Shown one piece after another: positions 51,497 to 60,795 of a stretch of DNA of 64,000 nucleotides; position 1 is the stretch's first letter; the number at the start of each line of letters is the position of its first letter. The DNA is from Candidatus Marinacidobacterales bacterium (lineage in GTDB: Bacteria > Acidobacteriota > Vicinamibacteria > Marinacidobacterales > SMYC01): positions 1,760,001-1,824,000 of the forward strand of contig OZ250169.1 in assembly GCA_965237955.1 (NCBI GenBank), in the 5' to 3' direction. The translations under genes were made by a program, and so were the position numbers. The notes beneath the pieces are model-generated. The model was given only the letters and a program-made list of their open reading frames with translations. It was not told the DNA's origin and did not search any database.

Positions 51497-51699
51497 TAAG
51501 TTGTTGATTGACTATAGGTTACTCTGCTCTCTCGAGGCGTCGATCGCCGCGTTGATGTGCCGATGAACCCGAGCTAAGATGGGCGTGTATGCAAAGAATG
51601 CAGTTTCCCGGTGAGCGCCGTTCGTTTCGCTGCGCTCATCCTGTAACTGATTGATTCCAAGTGCATTAAACGCGTCATGCATATGGCACGGCAATTGCT
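51497..51699 (+). promoter_or_regulatory. sigma54 promoter (51684-51699) with two IHF-consensus sites (51497-51509, 51644-51656)
   Basis: TGGCACGgcaaTTGCT; reverse complements AATCAACAACTTA and AATCAATCAGTTA match WATCAANNNNTTR. Confidence 0.8.
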
Positions 51700-51783
51700 A
51701 GGTTTAACGTTCCGGTAGAAAGGACACGGACGAAACATGTTCTCATGGCAACGCAACTTCGGGCGCGTCTCGGCTGAACCGGA

Positions 51784-53169
51784 ATGACCGAGCTGTCTGA
51801 ACGCGTTCTCGTGCTCGATTCCATCGCGGGAGAACGCACGAACATCGCGGCCTGGTTGACGAGCCGGGGGTTGAAAGTCGACGTGGCCGAGCGCCTGCAA
51901 GGACCCGAGCTTTCCCGCTACGGTCTGGTCGTGCTCGACATGGATTTGCTGCAATCCGATTGGTCACGTCAGTTGTCGGGGTTGAAGCACTCCGCTCCCG
52001 AGACCGAAGTCATTCTCACGACCCAGGCAGGTGAGGGCTCCGTGGAAGCTGCGGTGTCGGCAATCCGCGAGGGAGCGTACGACTACTTGGTCAAGCCCCT
52101 CGACCCGAACCGACTACCCGTTCTCGCTCACAAAGCTCTCGAGCGCTGTCGCCTATCCGAGGAGAACCGAACCCTGCGTCAGCGTCTGTCGATGAAGGAT
52201 GAGTACGGAAACGTCGTTGGCAAGAGCCGGGCGATCACCGCGGTCTACGAAGTTGCTGGCCAGGTCGCGGGCACGTCCGCGACGGCGCTCCTCAGCGGCG
52301 AAAGCGGCACCGGGAAGGAGCTCGTCGCGAAAGCGATCCACAAGCGGAGCCCGCGCCGGGACCGCCCGTTCGTTTCCATCAACTGCGGCGCACTCCCGGA
52401 AGGGCTCCTCGAAAGCGAGCTCTTCGGGTTCGAGCGCGGTGCGTTCACCGGCGCCGTCGGCTCCAAACCGGGAAGGTTCGAGATCGCGGACGGTGGCACG
52501 CTGTTTCTGGACGAAGTCGGAGAGATGAGCGCCAAGACTCAAGTGGAGTTTCTCCGGGTGTTGCAGGAGAGGGAGTTTCGGCGACTCGGTGGCAGCAAGC
52601 TCATCCGCGTCGACGTGCGGATCATCGCAGCAACGAACAAGGATTTGCTCGAAGAAGTGCAGGCGGGGCGTTTTCGGCAAGACCTCTACTATCGGTTGGC
52701 GGTGGTGCCGATCCATCTGCCGTCGCTCCGCGAGCGACGCGAGGACATCCCGCTGCTCGTCGATGCGTTCTTGAAGGAATTTGCCGGCTCCAGCGGGAAG
52801 GCGCCCAAGCGGCTCTCGCGCGAGGCGATGGAAGCGCTCTCACATTACCATTGGCCGGGCAACATCCGCGAGCTCAGAAACGTCATCGAGCGGCTCACCG
52901 TCACCGTCCACGCGAGCACCGTCCGAGCGGAGCATTTACCCGAGGAGCTCTCCGATGGACAAAGCTCGACAGGCCAGATCTTCATCCGCCTCGGAACGCC
53001 GCTGCGCAAAGTGGAAGAGATCGTCATCCGGCGCACGCTCGAAGAGCTCACCGATCACCGCCAGAAAGCGGCGTGCATCCTCGGTATCAGCCCGCGCGCG
53101 CTCCACTACAAACTCGCTCGCTACGGGGTTCCGAGAAAACGATCACAAGCCTCACAGAGGGGAACATGA
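51784..53169 (+). CDS. sigma54-dependent transcriptional activator (REC-AAA-HTH)
   Basis: GESGTGKE, GAFTGA, WPGNIREL, HTH. Confidence 0.95.
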   Translation: MTELSERVLVLDSIAGERTNIAAWLTSRGLKVDVAERLQGPELSRYGLVVLDMDLLQSDWSRQLSGLKHSAPETEVILTTQAGEGSVEAAVSAIREGAYDYLVKPLDPNRLPVLAHKALERCRLSEENRTLRQRLSMKDEYGNVVGKSRAITAVYEVAGQVAGTSATALLSGESGTGKELVAKAIHKRSPRRDRPFVSINCGALPEGLLESELFGFERGAFTGAVGSKPGRFEIADGGTLFLDEVGEMSAKTQVEFLRVLQEREFRRLGGSKLIRVDVRIIAATNKDLLEEVQAGRFRQDLYYRLAVVPIHLPSLRERREDIPLLVDAFLKEFAGSSGKAPKRLSREAMEALSHYHWPGNIRELRNVIERLTVTVHASTVRAEHLPEELSDGQSSTGQIFIRLGTPLRKVEEIVIRRTLEELTDHRQKAACILGISPRALHYKLARYGVPRKRSQASQRGT

Positions 53170-53302
53170 TAAGCCGTAAACCCTGGAGAAAATTGGGCTT
53201 TCGGGTGTCGAACTTTTTCGACAACCGCGCTCTTTTTGGTATGATTTCTAGTAAGGACGCCGAGCACACGAGCAGATTCACCCTCGCGACTGGAGACTCC
53301 AC

Positions 53303-55150
53303 ATGTCAACGCAGGCCCTCGTAGGTGAGACGGAATCCGGCGCCAAGCCTACCATCGTCAACGACCTTTCCATCCAAGTCGCGACTATCAACGGCTCGGG
53401 AAGCCAATCGTCCAACAGCGTGCTGATGCGCGCCATCTTTCAGATGGGCGTTCCCGTCAGCGGCAAGAACCTCTTTCCGTCGAACATCCAAGGGCTACCG
53501 ACGTGGTTCACCATCCGCGCGAGCAAGCACGCCTACATCGCCCGCAAGAGAGACGTCAACATGCTCATCGCGATGAATCCCCAGACCGCGCGCGAGGATG
53601 CCCAATCCCTGAAGCCCGGCTCGGCAGTCATCTACGAACAAAGCCTCGGTCTCGACAAGCTTCGTGACGACCTCATTTTCTATCCAGTTCCCTTCGCCGA
53701 GCTCGCCAAGGACGTGATCGACGAGTCCCGACTGCGCAAGCTCCTCGCCAACATGATCTACGTCGGCGTCGCCGGTCAATTGCTGTCGATCGACAAGGAA
53801 GAGATCCGAGCGGCGATCACCAAACAGTTCAAAGCGAAGGCGAAGGCCGTCGAGCTCAACGTCAAAGCGGTCGACGTGGGCTTCGACTTCGCGCAGAAAA
53901 ACCTCACGAAATCCGATCCGCTCAAGATCGAGCGCATGAACGAGACCGCGGGCAAGATCCTCATCGACGGCAACGCCGCCGGCGCGCTCGGTTCCATGTT
54001 CAACGGCGTCACCGTGGTCACTTGGTACCCGATCACGCCGTCGTCGAGCCTGGTCGAGTCGCTCATCGACTACATGAAGGTCTACCGTGTCGACGAGAAG
54101 ACCGGCAAAGCGACGTTCGCCGTCGTGCAGGCCGAAGACGAGCTGGCCGCCGCCGGCATGGTGTTCGGCGCGGGCTGGGCGGGCGCTCGGGCGATGACCT
54201 CTACCAGCGGACCGGGCATCTCGCTGATGTCCGAGTTCGTCGGACTCGGTTACTTCGCCGAGATTCCCGCAGTCATTTGGGACATCCAGCGGGTGGGTCC
54301 ATCCACGGGACTCCCGACGCGGACCGCGCAGGGTGATGTTCTCAGCACCTACTTGTTATCGCACGGTGACACGAAACACATTCTGCTGTTCCCGGCGTCG
54401 GTCGCGGAGTGCTTCGAGTTCGGAGGTACGTCTTTCGATCTCGCCGAGCGTTTCCAAACGCCGGTGTTCGTCATGTCGGACCTCGACCTGGGGATGAACA
54501 TTTGGATGTCGGACGCGTTCGACTACCCGGACAAGCCGCTCGACCGAGGAAAAGTGCTCAGCGCCGAGGACCTGGAAAAGGTGAGCGATTGGGGACGCTA
54601 TCGCGACGTCGACGGCGACGGCATTCCCTACCGGACCCTTCCAGGTACGAACCATCCCGGCGCCGCGTATTTCACTCGCGGCAGCGGCCACAACGACTAT
54701 GCGGAGTACACGGAACGCCCGGAGGACTACGAGAACACGATGAGGCGTCTCTTGAGAAAGCTCGAGACCGCGCGCAAATACGTTCCTGCGCCGGTGGTGG
54801 ACGAAGAGGACGGTGCCGAGATCGGCATCATCGCTTACGGCACGACCCATTGGGCGATCGTCGAATCGCGCGATCAACTTCGCGACGAGAATGACCTGGG
54901 CACGAGCTACATGCGTGTGCGCGCGCTTCCGTTCAACGACGAGCTCGAGTCTTTCGTGAACAAACACGATCGCGTCTACGTCGTCGAGCAGAACCGTGAC
55001 GCGCAGATGTTTCAGTTGATCCAATTGGAGTTGGCCAAGCGTCCGGAGCTCCTCGCCAAACTACGGAGCATTCTGTATTTCGCCGGACATCCGATCGACG
55101 CGCGCACCGTGACCGAGAAACTTCTCGACCAGGAACGCCCGTCCGACTGA
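53303..55150 (+). CDS. 2-oxoacid:ferredoxin oxidoreductase alpha subunit
   Basis: YPITP, QAEDELAA, TSGPG, QRVGPSTGLPT. Confidence 0.95.
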   Translation: MSTQALVGETESGAKPTIVNDLSIQVATINGSGSQSSNSVLMRAIFQMGVPVSGKNLFPSNIQGLPTWFTIRASKHAYIARKRDVNMLIAMNPQTAREDAQSLKPGSAVIYEQSLGLDKLRDDLIFYPVPFAELAKDVIDESRLRKLLANMIYVGVAGQLLSIDKEEIRAAITKQFKAKAKAVELNVKAVDVGFDFAQKNLTKSDPLKIERMNETAGKILIDGNAAGALGSMFNGVTVVTWYPITPSSSLVESLIDYMKVYRVDEKTGKATFAVVQAEDELAAAGMVFGAGWAGARAMTSTSGPGISLMSEFVGLGYFAEIPAVIWDIQRVGPSTGLPTRTAQGDVLSTYLLSHGDTKHILLFPASVAECFEFGGTSFDLAERFQTPVFVMSDLDLGMNIWMSDAFDYPDKPLDRGKVLSAEDLEKVSDWGRYRDVDGDGIPYRTLPGTNHPGAAYFTRGSGHNDYAEYTERPEDYENTMRRLLRKLETARKYVPAPVVDEEDGAEIGIIAYGTTHWAIVESRDQLRDENDLGTSYMRVRALPFNDELESFVNKHDRVYVVEQNRDAQMFQLIQLELAKRPELLAKLRSILYFAGHPIDARTVTEKLLDQERPSD

Positions 55151-55175
55151 CGGATAACGAGATTGGGAGATAGAC

Positions 55176-56228
55176 ATGGCGACAACGACTAAAGAACCCC
55201 CTGCACCGTCGAAGAAGGTCAACCGGCTCGGGCTCGTCCACGCGGATTACAAGGGCAAGCCCTCGACGTTGTGCAAGGGGTGCGGTCACGACTCCATCAG
55301 CAGCCAGCTCATCAAAGCGTTCTACGAGTACGGCGTCGAGCCCCACCGGGTGGCGAAGCTCTCCGGCATCGGTTGCTCGTCGAAAACCCCCGCCTACTTC
55401 TTGAGCAAGAGTCACGGCTTCAACACGGTCCACGGCCGCATGCCGTCGGTCGCGACCGGTAGCGTGGTGGCGAACCGCGACTTGGTCGCGGTAGGTGTTT
55501 CCGGAGACGGTGACACAGCGTCTATCGGCATCGGCCAGTTCGTGCACCTTCTCCGACGGAACCTTCCGGTCGTCTACATCATCGAGAACAACGGCGTGTA
55601 CGGGTTGACCAAAGGCCAGTTCTCGGCGACGGCCGATGTGGGCTCCAAGTTGAAGACCGGGGTCATCAACGACTTGCCCGCGGTGGACCTGTGCGGGTTG
55701 GCGGTCGAGCTCGGTGCAACCTACGTCGCGCGCTCGTTCGCGGGCGATCCGAAGCAGGTGGGCACGCTCATGAAGGGAGCGTTCGGGCACAACGGCACGG
55801 CCGTCCTAGACATCATCAGCCCATGCGTGACGTTCAACAACCATGCAGGCTCCACCAAGAGCTACACCTGGGGCAAAGAGAACGAAGAGCTCATCCAGGA
55901 AGTCGATTTCGTTCCGTTCTTCGAGGACATCGATGTCGACTACGAAGAAGGCGAAGTTCGAGAAGTCGAGCTACACGACGGTTCCCACATCGTTCTCAAG
56001 AAACTCGAGCGTGACTACGATCCCACGAATCGACGAGGTGCTCTCGACCTACTCCTGGACGCCGATGAGAAGCAGCAGTTCCTAACCGGGCTCATCTACT
56101 TGGATACGAAAAAGAAGAACCTGATCGAGCTTCTGAACGTCGTCGACGAGCCGCTAGCGACCCTTCCTCTCGATCGCGTCCGCCCGCCCAAGACGGCGTT
56201 GGACGATATTATGGAATCCCTGAAGTAG
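55176..56228 (+). CDS. 2-oxoacid:ferredoxin oxidoreductase beta subunit
   Basis: CKGCG, GIGCSS, HGR, GDGD, NNGVYGLTKGQFS, SPCVTFN. Confidence 0.95.
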   Translation: MATTTKEPPAPSKKVNRLGLVHADYKGKPSTLCKGCGHDSISSQLIKAFYEYGVEPHRVAKLSGIGCSSKTPAYFLSKSHGFNTVHGRMPSVATGSVVANRDLVAVGVSGDGDTASIGIGQFVHLLRRNLPVVYIIENNGVYGLTKGQFSATADVGSKLKTGVINDLPAVDLCGLAVELGATYVARSFAGDPKQVGTLMKGAFGHNGTAVLDIISPCVTFNNHAGSTKSYTWGKENEELIQEVDFVPFFEDIDVDYEEGEVREVELHDGSHIVLKKLERDYDPTNRRGALDLLLDADEKQQFLTGLIYLDTKKKNLIELLNVVDEPLATLPLDRVRPPKTALDDIMESLK

Positions 56229-56245
56229 TTGATGTAGTTCGATCG

Positions 56246-56396
56246 GCCATCGGCCGTCAGCCGTCAGCCATCAGCAGGTCGGAGCTGCCTTCACCTTTAG
56301 ACGGCGCGGTGGTGTTGCGATCGGAGCGTACCGTCCGAAGGTGAGGGCAGCTCCATTCTGCTGACGGCTGATGGCTGATGGCTGATGGCCGATGGC
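56246..56396. repeat. Long palindromic element: heptamer arms plus a 17-bp inner stem
   Basis: GGAGCTGCCTTCACCTT (56281-56297) pairs with AAGGTGAGGGCAGCTCC (56338-56354); sits between convergent genes. Confidence 0.85.
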
Positions 56397-56443
56397 GCCG
56401 CAATAGGACGTCCATGGCTGATGGCGCCCGCGCTCAAATTCGA

Positions 56444-58610
56444 CTAAAAGTCGAATTTGAGCTCGCCTAACACCTGACGCTTCAGAACGTCTCCGAAGAT
56501 GTGCTGTTGGGCATCGGCGTTTCCGAGGTTGGTGAACTTGACCGATAGCGTCATCCGTTGCTCGGCGAAACGAACGCCGACGCCGCCGTTCACCATCGTG
56601 TAGCGCTCGGTGGGACCGTGGAAACGTGCGTCCAGCACGTCGGTCCAGAAGGCCGAATCGGTGAAGTTCAGGCTGAGATTGGCGAACCATTGGCCGCGGT
56701 CGTAGTTGACACCTGCGTTGAATCGATTCGCTGGCGCGATGTTGAACTCGCCAAAGTCGTCCGGGTTGTCCGGCACGGGCGCGGCCTGCCAGGAGTAGTT
56801 GGCGAACAGACTCAACTCCTGCGACATTCGGATGTTCAGCCCAAGCTCGACTCCTTTGTCGCGCACTCCCTCGAAGTTCAAATACGTGAACTGGGCAGAA
56901 GGATCCCTTGTGCGGCCAAGAGGTCGAGCACCTGGGGTGGTAGGGGCCAGCGTGGCGGCGGATTCGCGCTGGTGTACACGCCCGACGTGGTGAAGAAGAT
57001 GTTGTCGGTCGTGTCGTTGATGTAGAAGGCGGCGCTCACCGTGTACCGGTTCGCAAGCGTTCCCGTGTAGCCGACTTCGTAAGCCGTCAAGCTTTCTTCG
57101 TCCAAGCCCGTGTTCCCGTCGGCTCGGACCGGAAAGATGAATCGCCCGATGCCGGGAAGCGGGACCGGTTGCAGGATGGTAACGTCGAGGAAACTGTTGA
57201 CGAACGATGGCGCTCGGAACGCGCGGTTGTAAGACACCCGAAACGCGTGGTCCGGAGTCGGTTTGATCATGAACGTGGTTCGTGGCGAGAACACGAATTT
57301 GTCGATTACGCTGAACCCGTCCACGCGGCCGCCACCGAGCCAACGGAAATGATCGGAGAGGAAGATCTCGTCCTGGATGTAGAACCCGCCTTCGGTACGA
57401 CTGTTGCCGCCCGGGGCGATCGAGAGGTCGAACGTGTTGTACCGGAAATTACCGCCGTAGTTGATGAGATGCTTCGTGCCTATTAGCTGTGAGTTCCCGA
57501 GCTCCACGTCGTAGGTGTTGTTCTTGAACAAAAAGTTAATCGGCTGGCCATCGGTTCCGATCGCGAGCAGAGCCGGAGCGTCGCCGTCGAGGATGTTGGT
57601 GAAGAAGTTGACCCTCAAGTTGTCGCGCTGATAGTTGACCTTCCCGTACCCCATCACCGTGCCCGATTGGATGTCGAACGGGCCGATCCCGGTATGCATG
57701 ATTCCTTGCGTTCCCGCGATCCCACCGGCGAAGATGACTTTCTGGCGTCCGTCAGGATGGTCGTAGTCCACCCGCACGTCGAACTTCGGCTGCGTCGTGC
57801 CCGCGTTGGTGTAGGCGGGGTACTCGCCGCCGCCAGTTCTGCCTCGCTCGGGATCGTCGACGATGGGCACTTGCCCGACGGGTCGCGCGAGCGGATCCAT
57901 GTCGAAAAACCGCCCGAGACCTTGAAAGCCCAACGGTCGTTCAATGCCTGCGCGTGACGGACGTTCACGTGGTAGCTCGTCCCCGTGTCCAAGTCTTGAC
58001 CCGCGCTTCGGTTGATGGCGCCGAAGCCGAGCGTCACCGCCGTACCGTCGAGCTCTCGGGGCGTCTTGGTGATCACGTTGACCACACCCGTCATCGCGTT
58101 CGGCCCCCAGACCGCGGAGGCCGGGCCATTGATGATCTCGATCTGAGCGATCTCGCTGGTGTCGATAGGCAAGAAGTCCCAGCCGACGAAACCGAAAAAG
58201 TCCTGATAGATCGTGCGGCCGTCCAATAAGGCTAGCTGGGTCGTGGACAGCGTCGATGTAGCCCCTCGACTGGTGATGTTGATGTCCCGTGCGGAAGTCT
58301 GAGCAACGTTCGCCCCCGGCACGGACCTGATGAGGTCTCCATAGTTTTGAGCGCCCGCGTTCTCGATGAAGTCGGAGCCGATTACCGAGACCGTGGCGGG
58401 TGCGTTGATGATCTGCGTGTCCACTTTCGACGCGCTAACGACGACCGTCTCGGAATACGTCATGAGCTCTTCAGGTTGCTCTTCTTGCTGCGGCTGATCT
58501 TGTTCGTCATCTTGTTCCACTGGGGGCTGGTCCTGGAAAGCGACCAGGGGGGTAGGCACGATGAACGTGATCGTGCCGAACAGGAAAACTGCGATGAGTG
58601 TGCGGGTCAT
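56444..58610 (-). pseudogene. TonB-dependent receptor split by two frameshifts (~57905, ~56890)
   Basis: Signal peptide, ETVVVSA TonB box, plug GPASAVWGPNAMTGVVNVIT, C-terminal LKFDF; GGAGG RBS. Confidence 0.88.
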
Positions 58611-58680
58611 GACAACCTCCTGGGTGGGGCACCAATAGAACCGACGAGCCGTTATCTCATAAAAGCGGAGAAGTATACAA

Positions 58681-58867
58681 TTGATCAGCATCCAGCATTC
58701 AGCATTCAGTTCAAACGAGGCCGTGCCAGTAGAGGAGGGTGCCGCGCTCACCATGGGCAAAGCCGGTAGGTAATGTTTCTGGTCGGCAAGGCGGTCGCCG
58801 TTTACGCGGTCCTTCTTACCGGCGACGTGCGGTGTGAGCTGGATGCTGAATGCTGGATGCTGAGCAA
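58681..58867. repeat. MITE-like element with inverted (CAGCATY)n arms, copy B (opposite orientation, longer core)
   Basis: Its reverse complement shares core ends TCACA..GCCGGTAA and TACWGGCAC..TGAAC with copies A and C. Confidence 0.8.
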
Positions 58868-58884
58868 CGTCCTATAATGCGAAT

Positions 58885-60267
58885 ATGCTGACTGAGAAAG
58901 ACGTTCTCGATAAGTTGTCTGTGGTGCGAGACCCGGAGTTGGGCCGCGACGTGGTGTCCCTCGAATACGTGAAGAACATCCGTATTTGTGCGCCCATCGT
59001 GAGCTGTGACATCGAGCTCGCGAACCCCGTGAGCGCGGCCAAGGACCGTATCCGTGAGGAAGCGCAAAAGGCCCTCCTCGAGCTTCCTGATATCAACGAA
59101 GCCAACGTGGAGGTCAAGTGGCGTGTGACCGCTTCCCCCGAAGGCGTGAAGCGGGTGTTGCCGGGAGGGCAAGTCGCGCCGGCTCCACAAAAGCCCGAGG
59201 GAGTCAAAAACCTCGTCGCCATTGCTTCGGGGAAGGGAGGCGTTGGCAAGTCGACAGTCGCGGCGAATCTCGCCGTGGCGCTGCGGCAAAGTGGTGCGTC
59301 TGTAGGGCTCTGCGATGCCGACGTGTACGGACCGTCGCAGGGCACCATGTTCGGCTTGTCTGCGCGACCTGAGGCTGACTCCGAACAGCGTCTGATCCCG
59401 CTCGAGGCGCATGGAGTTCGGATCATGTCGATGGGGCTCCTCACCACGAAGGAGACACCGGTGATTTGGCGCGGCCCTATGGCGACCAAATTGATCCAGC
59501 AGTTCATGGGCGGTGTCCTTTGGGGTGAGCTCGACTACCTCATCATCGACTTGCCACCCGGCACCGGCGACGTGCAGCTCACGCTGACACAAAGCGTGCC
59601 GTTGACGGGCGCCGTCATCGTCACTACGCCCCAGGACGTCGCCCGCACGATCGCCGAGAAAGGGCTCCGGATGTTCCGTCCCGTGCAAGTTCCCGTTCTC
59701 GGTATCATCGAGAACATGAGCTATTTCCAATGTTCTCACTGTGACGAGCGGACCTACATTTTCAGCCAAGGGGGAGGCGAGACCATCAGCCAAGAGCTCG
59801 GTGTTCCGTTCCTCGGTGGAATCCCCATCGACCCCGAAGTGGTCTCGGCAGGCGATCAAGGCGAGCCGATCGTGGCCAAGAACCCAAACGCGCCTGCTTC
59901 CGTTGCCTACCGCGAGATTACCGCCCGGGTCGCCGCCGCGGTCGCCCGCGCCAACTTCGACAGCGACATCGCCTGCCGACCGAAAGAGATTTTGGAAGAA
60001 GACGGCAAGCTCAAGATTGTCTGGACCGATGGCTCGGATTCGAGCTTCCCGTTCGACTTCCTCAGAAACCGCTGCCCGTGCGCGGTGTGCGTCGACGAGT
60101 GGACCGGCAAGCGAAAGAACTTGATCCTGCTATTGCCATCGAACTTCCGCCCCATAACGGTAGAACCCGTGGGTAACTACGCCATCCAGATCAACTGGTC
60201 GGACGGGCACAATACGGGGATTTATAGCTTTCGTTCACTGAAAGAGATGGAGTCGGTGAAGAAGTAG
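58885..60267 (+). CDS. mrp: Mrp/ApbC Fe-S carrier ATPase with C-terminal DUF971-like domain
   Basis: SGKGGVGKST, DADVYGPS, DLPPGTGD, ENMS; C-terminal CPCAVC and WSDGHNTGIY. Confidence 0.92.
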   Translation: MLTEKDVLDKLSVVRDPELGRDVVSLEYVKNIRICAPIVSCDIELANPVSAAKDRIREEAQKALLELPDINEANVEVKWRVTASPEGVKRVLPGGQVAPAPQKPEGVKNLVAIASGKGGVGKSTVAANLAVALRQSGASVGLCDADVYGPSQGTMFGLSARPEADSEQRLIPLEAHGVRIMSMGLLTTKETPVIWRGPMATKLIQQFMGGVLWGELDYLIIDLPPGTGDVQLTLTQSVPLTGAVIVTTPQDVARTIAEKGLRMFRPVQVPVLGIIENMSYFQCSHCDERTYIFSQGGGETISQELGVPFLGGIPIDPEVVSAGDQGEPIVAKNPNAPASVAYREITARVAAAVARANFDSDIACRPKEILEEDGKLKIVWTDGSDSSFPFDFLRNRCPCAVCVDEWTGKRKNLILLLPSNFRPITVEPVGNYAIQINWSDGHNTGIYSFRSLKEMESVKK

Positions 60268-60269
60268 CG

Positions 60270-60413
60270 GATCAGCATTCAGCATTCCAGTTCACACCAC
60301 GCCCTGCCCGTAAATAGCGTCGTCGCATATCGGGCACCGTTCCGCCGGTAAGCGACACGCTTGTTACAGGCACAACGCGAATTGAACCGGATGCTGAATG
60401 CTGGATGCTGATC
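60270..60413. repeat. MITE-like element with inverted (CAGCATY)n arms, copy C
   Basis: Core alignable with copy A. Confidence 0.85.
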
Positions 60414-60795
60414 AGCCCGAGGCAATCACTTCAATCTCTATGCGCGCATCCCTCGGCAATCTCGCAGGCTGCACGGCGGCGCGCGCGGGGCGGATTTCCA
60501 CACTTTCGAAATACGATCCATAGGCTTCGTTCATCGCGCCGAAGTCGCTCATGTCGGCCAGGTAAATGTTGGTCTTGACGATGTGGCTTGCGTTCAAGTC
60601 CGCGGCTTCCAGTATCCCCAGCACGCTGTCCATGCACCGGCGAGTCAGGGTTCCGATGTCTCCTTCAATCATCTCTCCGGTCACGGGATCGGATGGCACT
60701 TGGCCCGAGACGAAGACCAAGTTTCCGACACGCACCGCCTGGCTGTAGGGGCCGATAGGGGTGGGCGCTTTATCGCTTTCGATCGCTTTCTTCAT
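60412..60795 (-). CDS. ridA: RidA-family enamine deaminase
   Basis: PIGPYSQAV, SGQVP, PARAAV, IEIEVIA. Confidence 0.9.
   Translation of the reverse strand: MKKAIESDKAPTPIGPYSQAVRVGNLVFVSGQVPSDPVTGEMIEGDIGTLTRRCMDSVLGILEAADLNASHIVKTNIYLADMSDFGAMNEAYGSYFESVEIRPARAAVQPARLPRDARIEIEVIASG

Noticed and set aside
58885-60267. Mrp-DUF971 fusion as a novelty
   Set aside because: This domain architecture is already known in several bacterial phyla
49265-60413. CRISPR array
   Set aside because: Repeats are 7-nt periodic, inverted and dispersed; no regular repeat-spacer units and no cas genes
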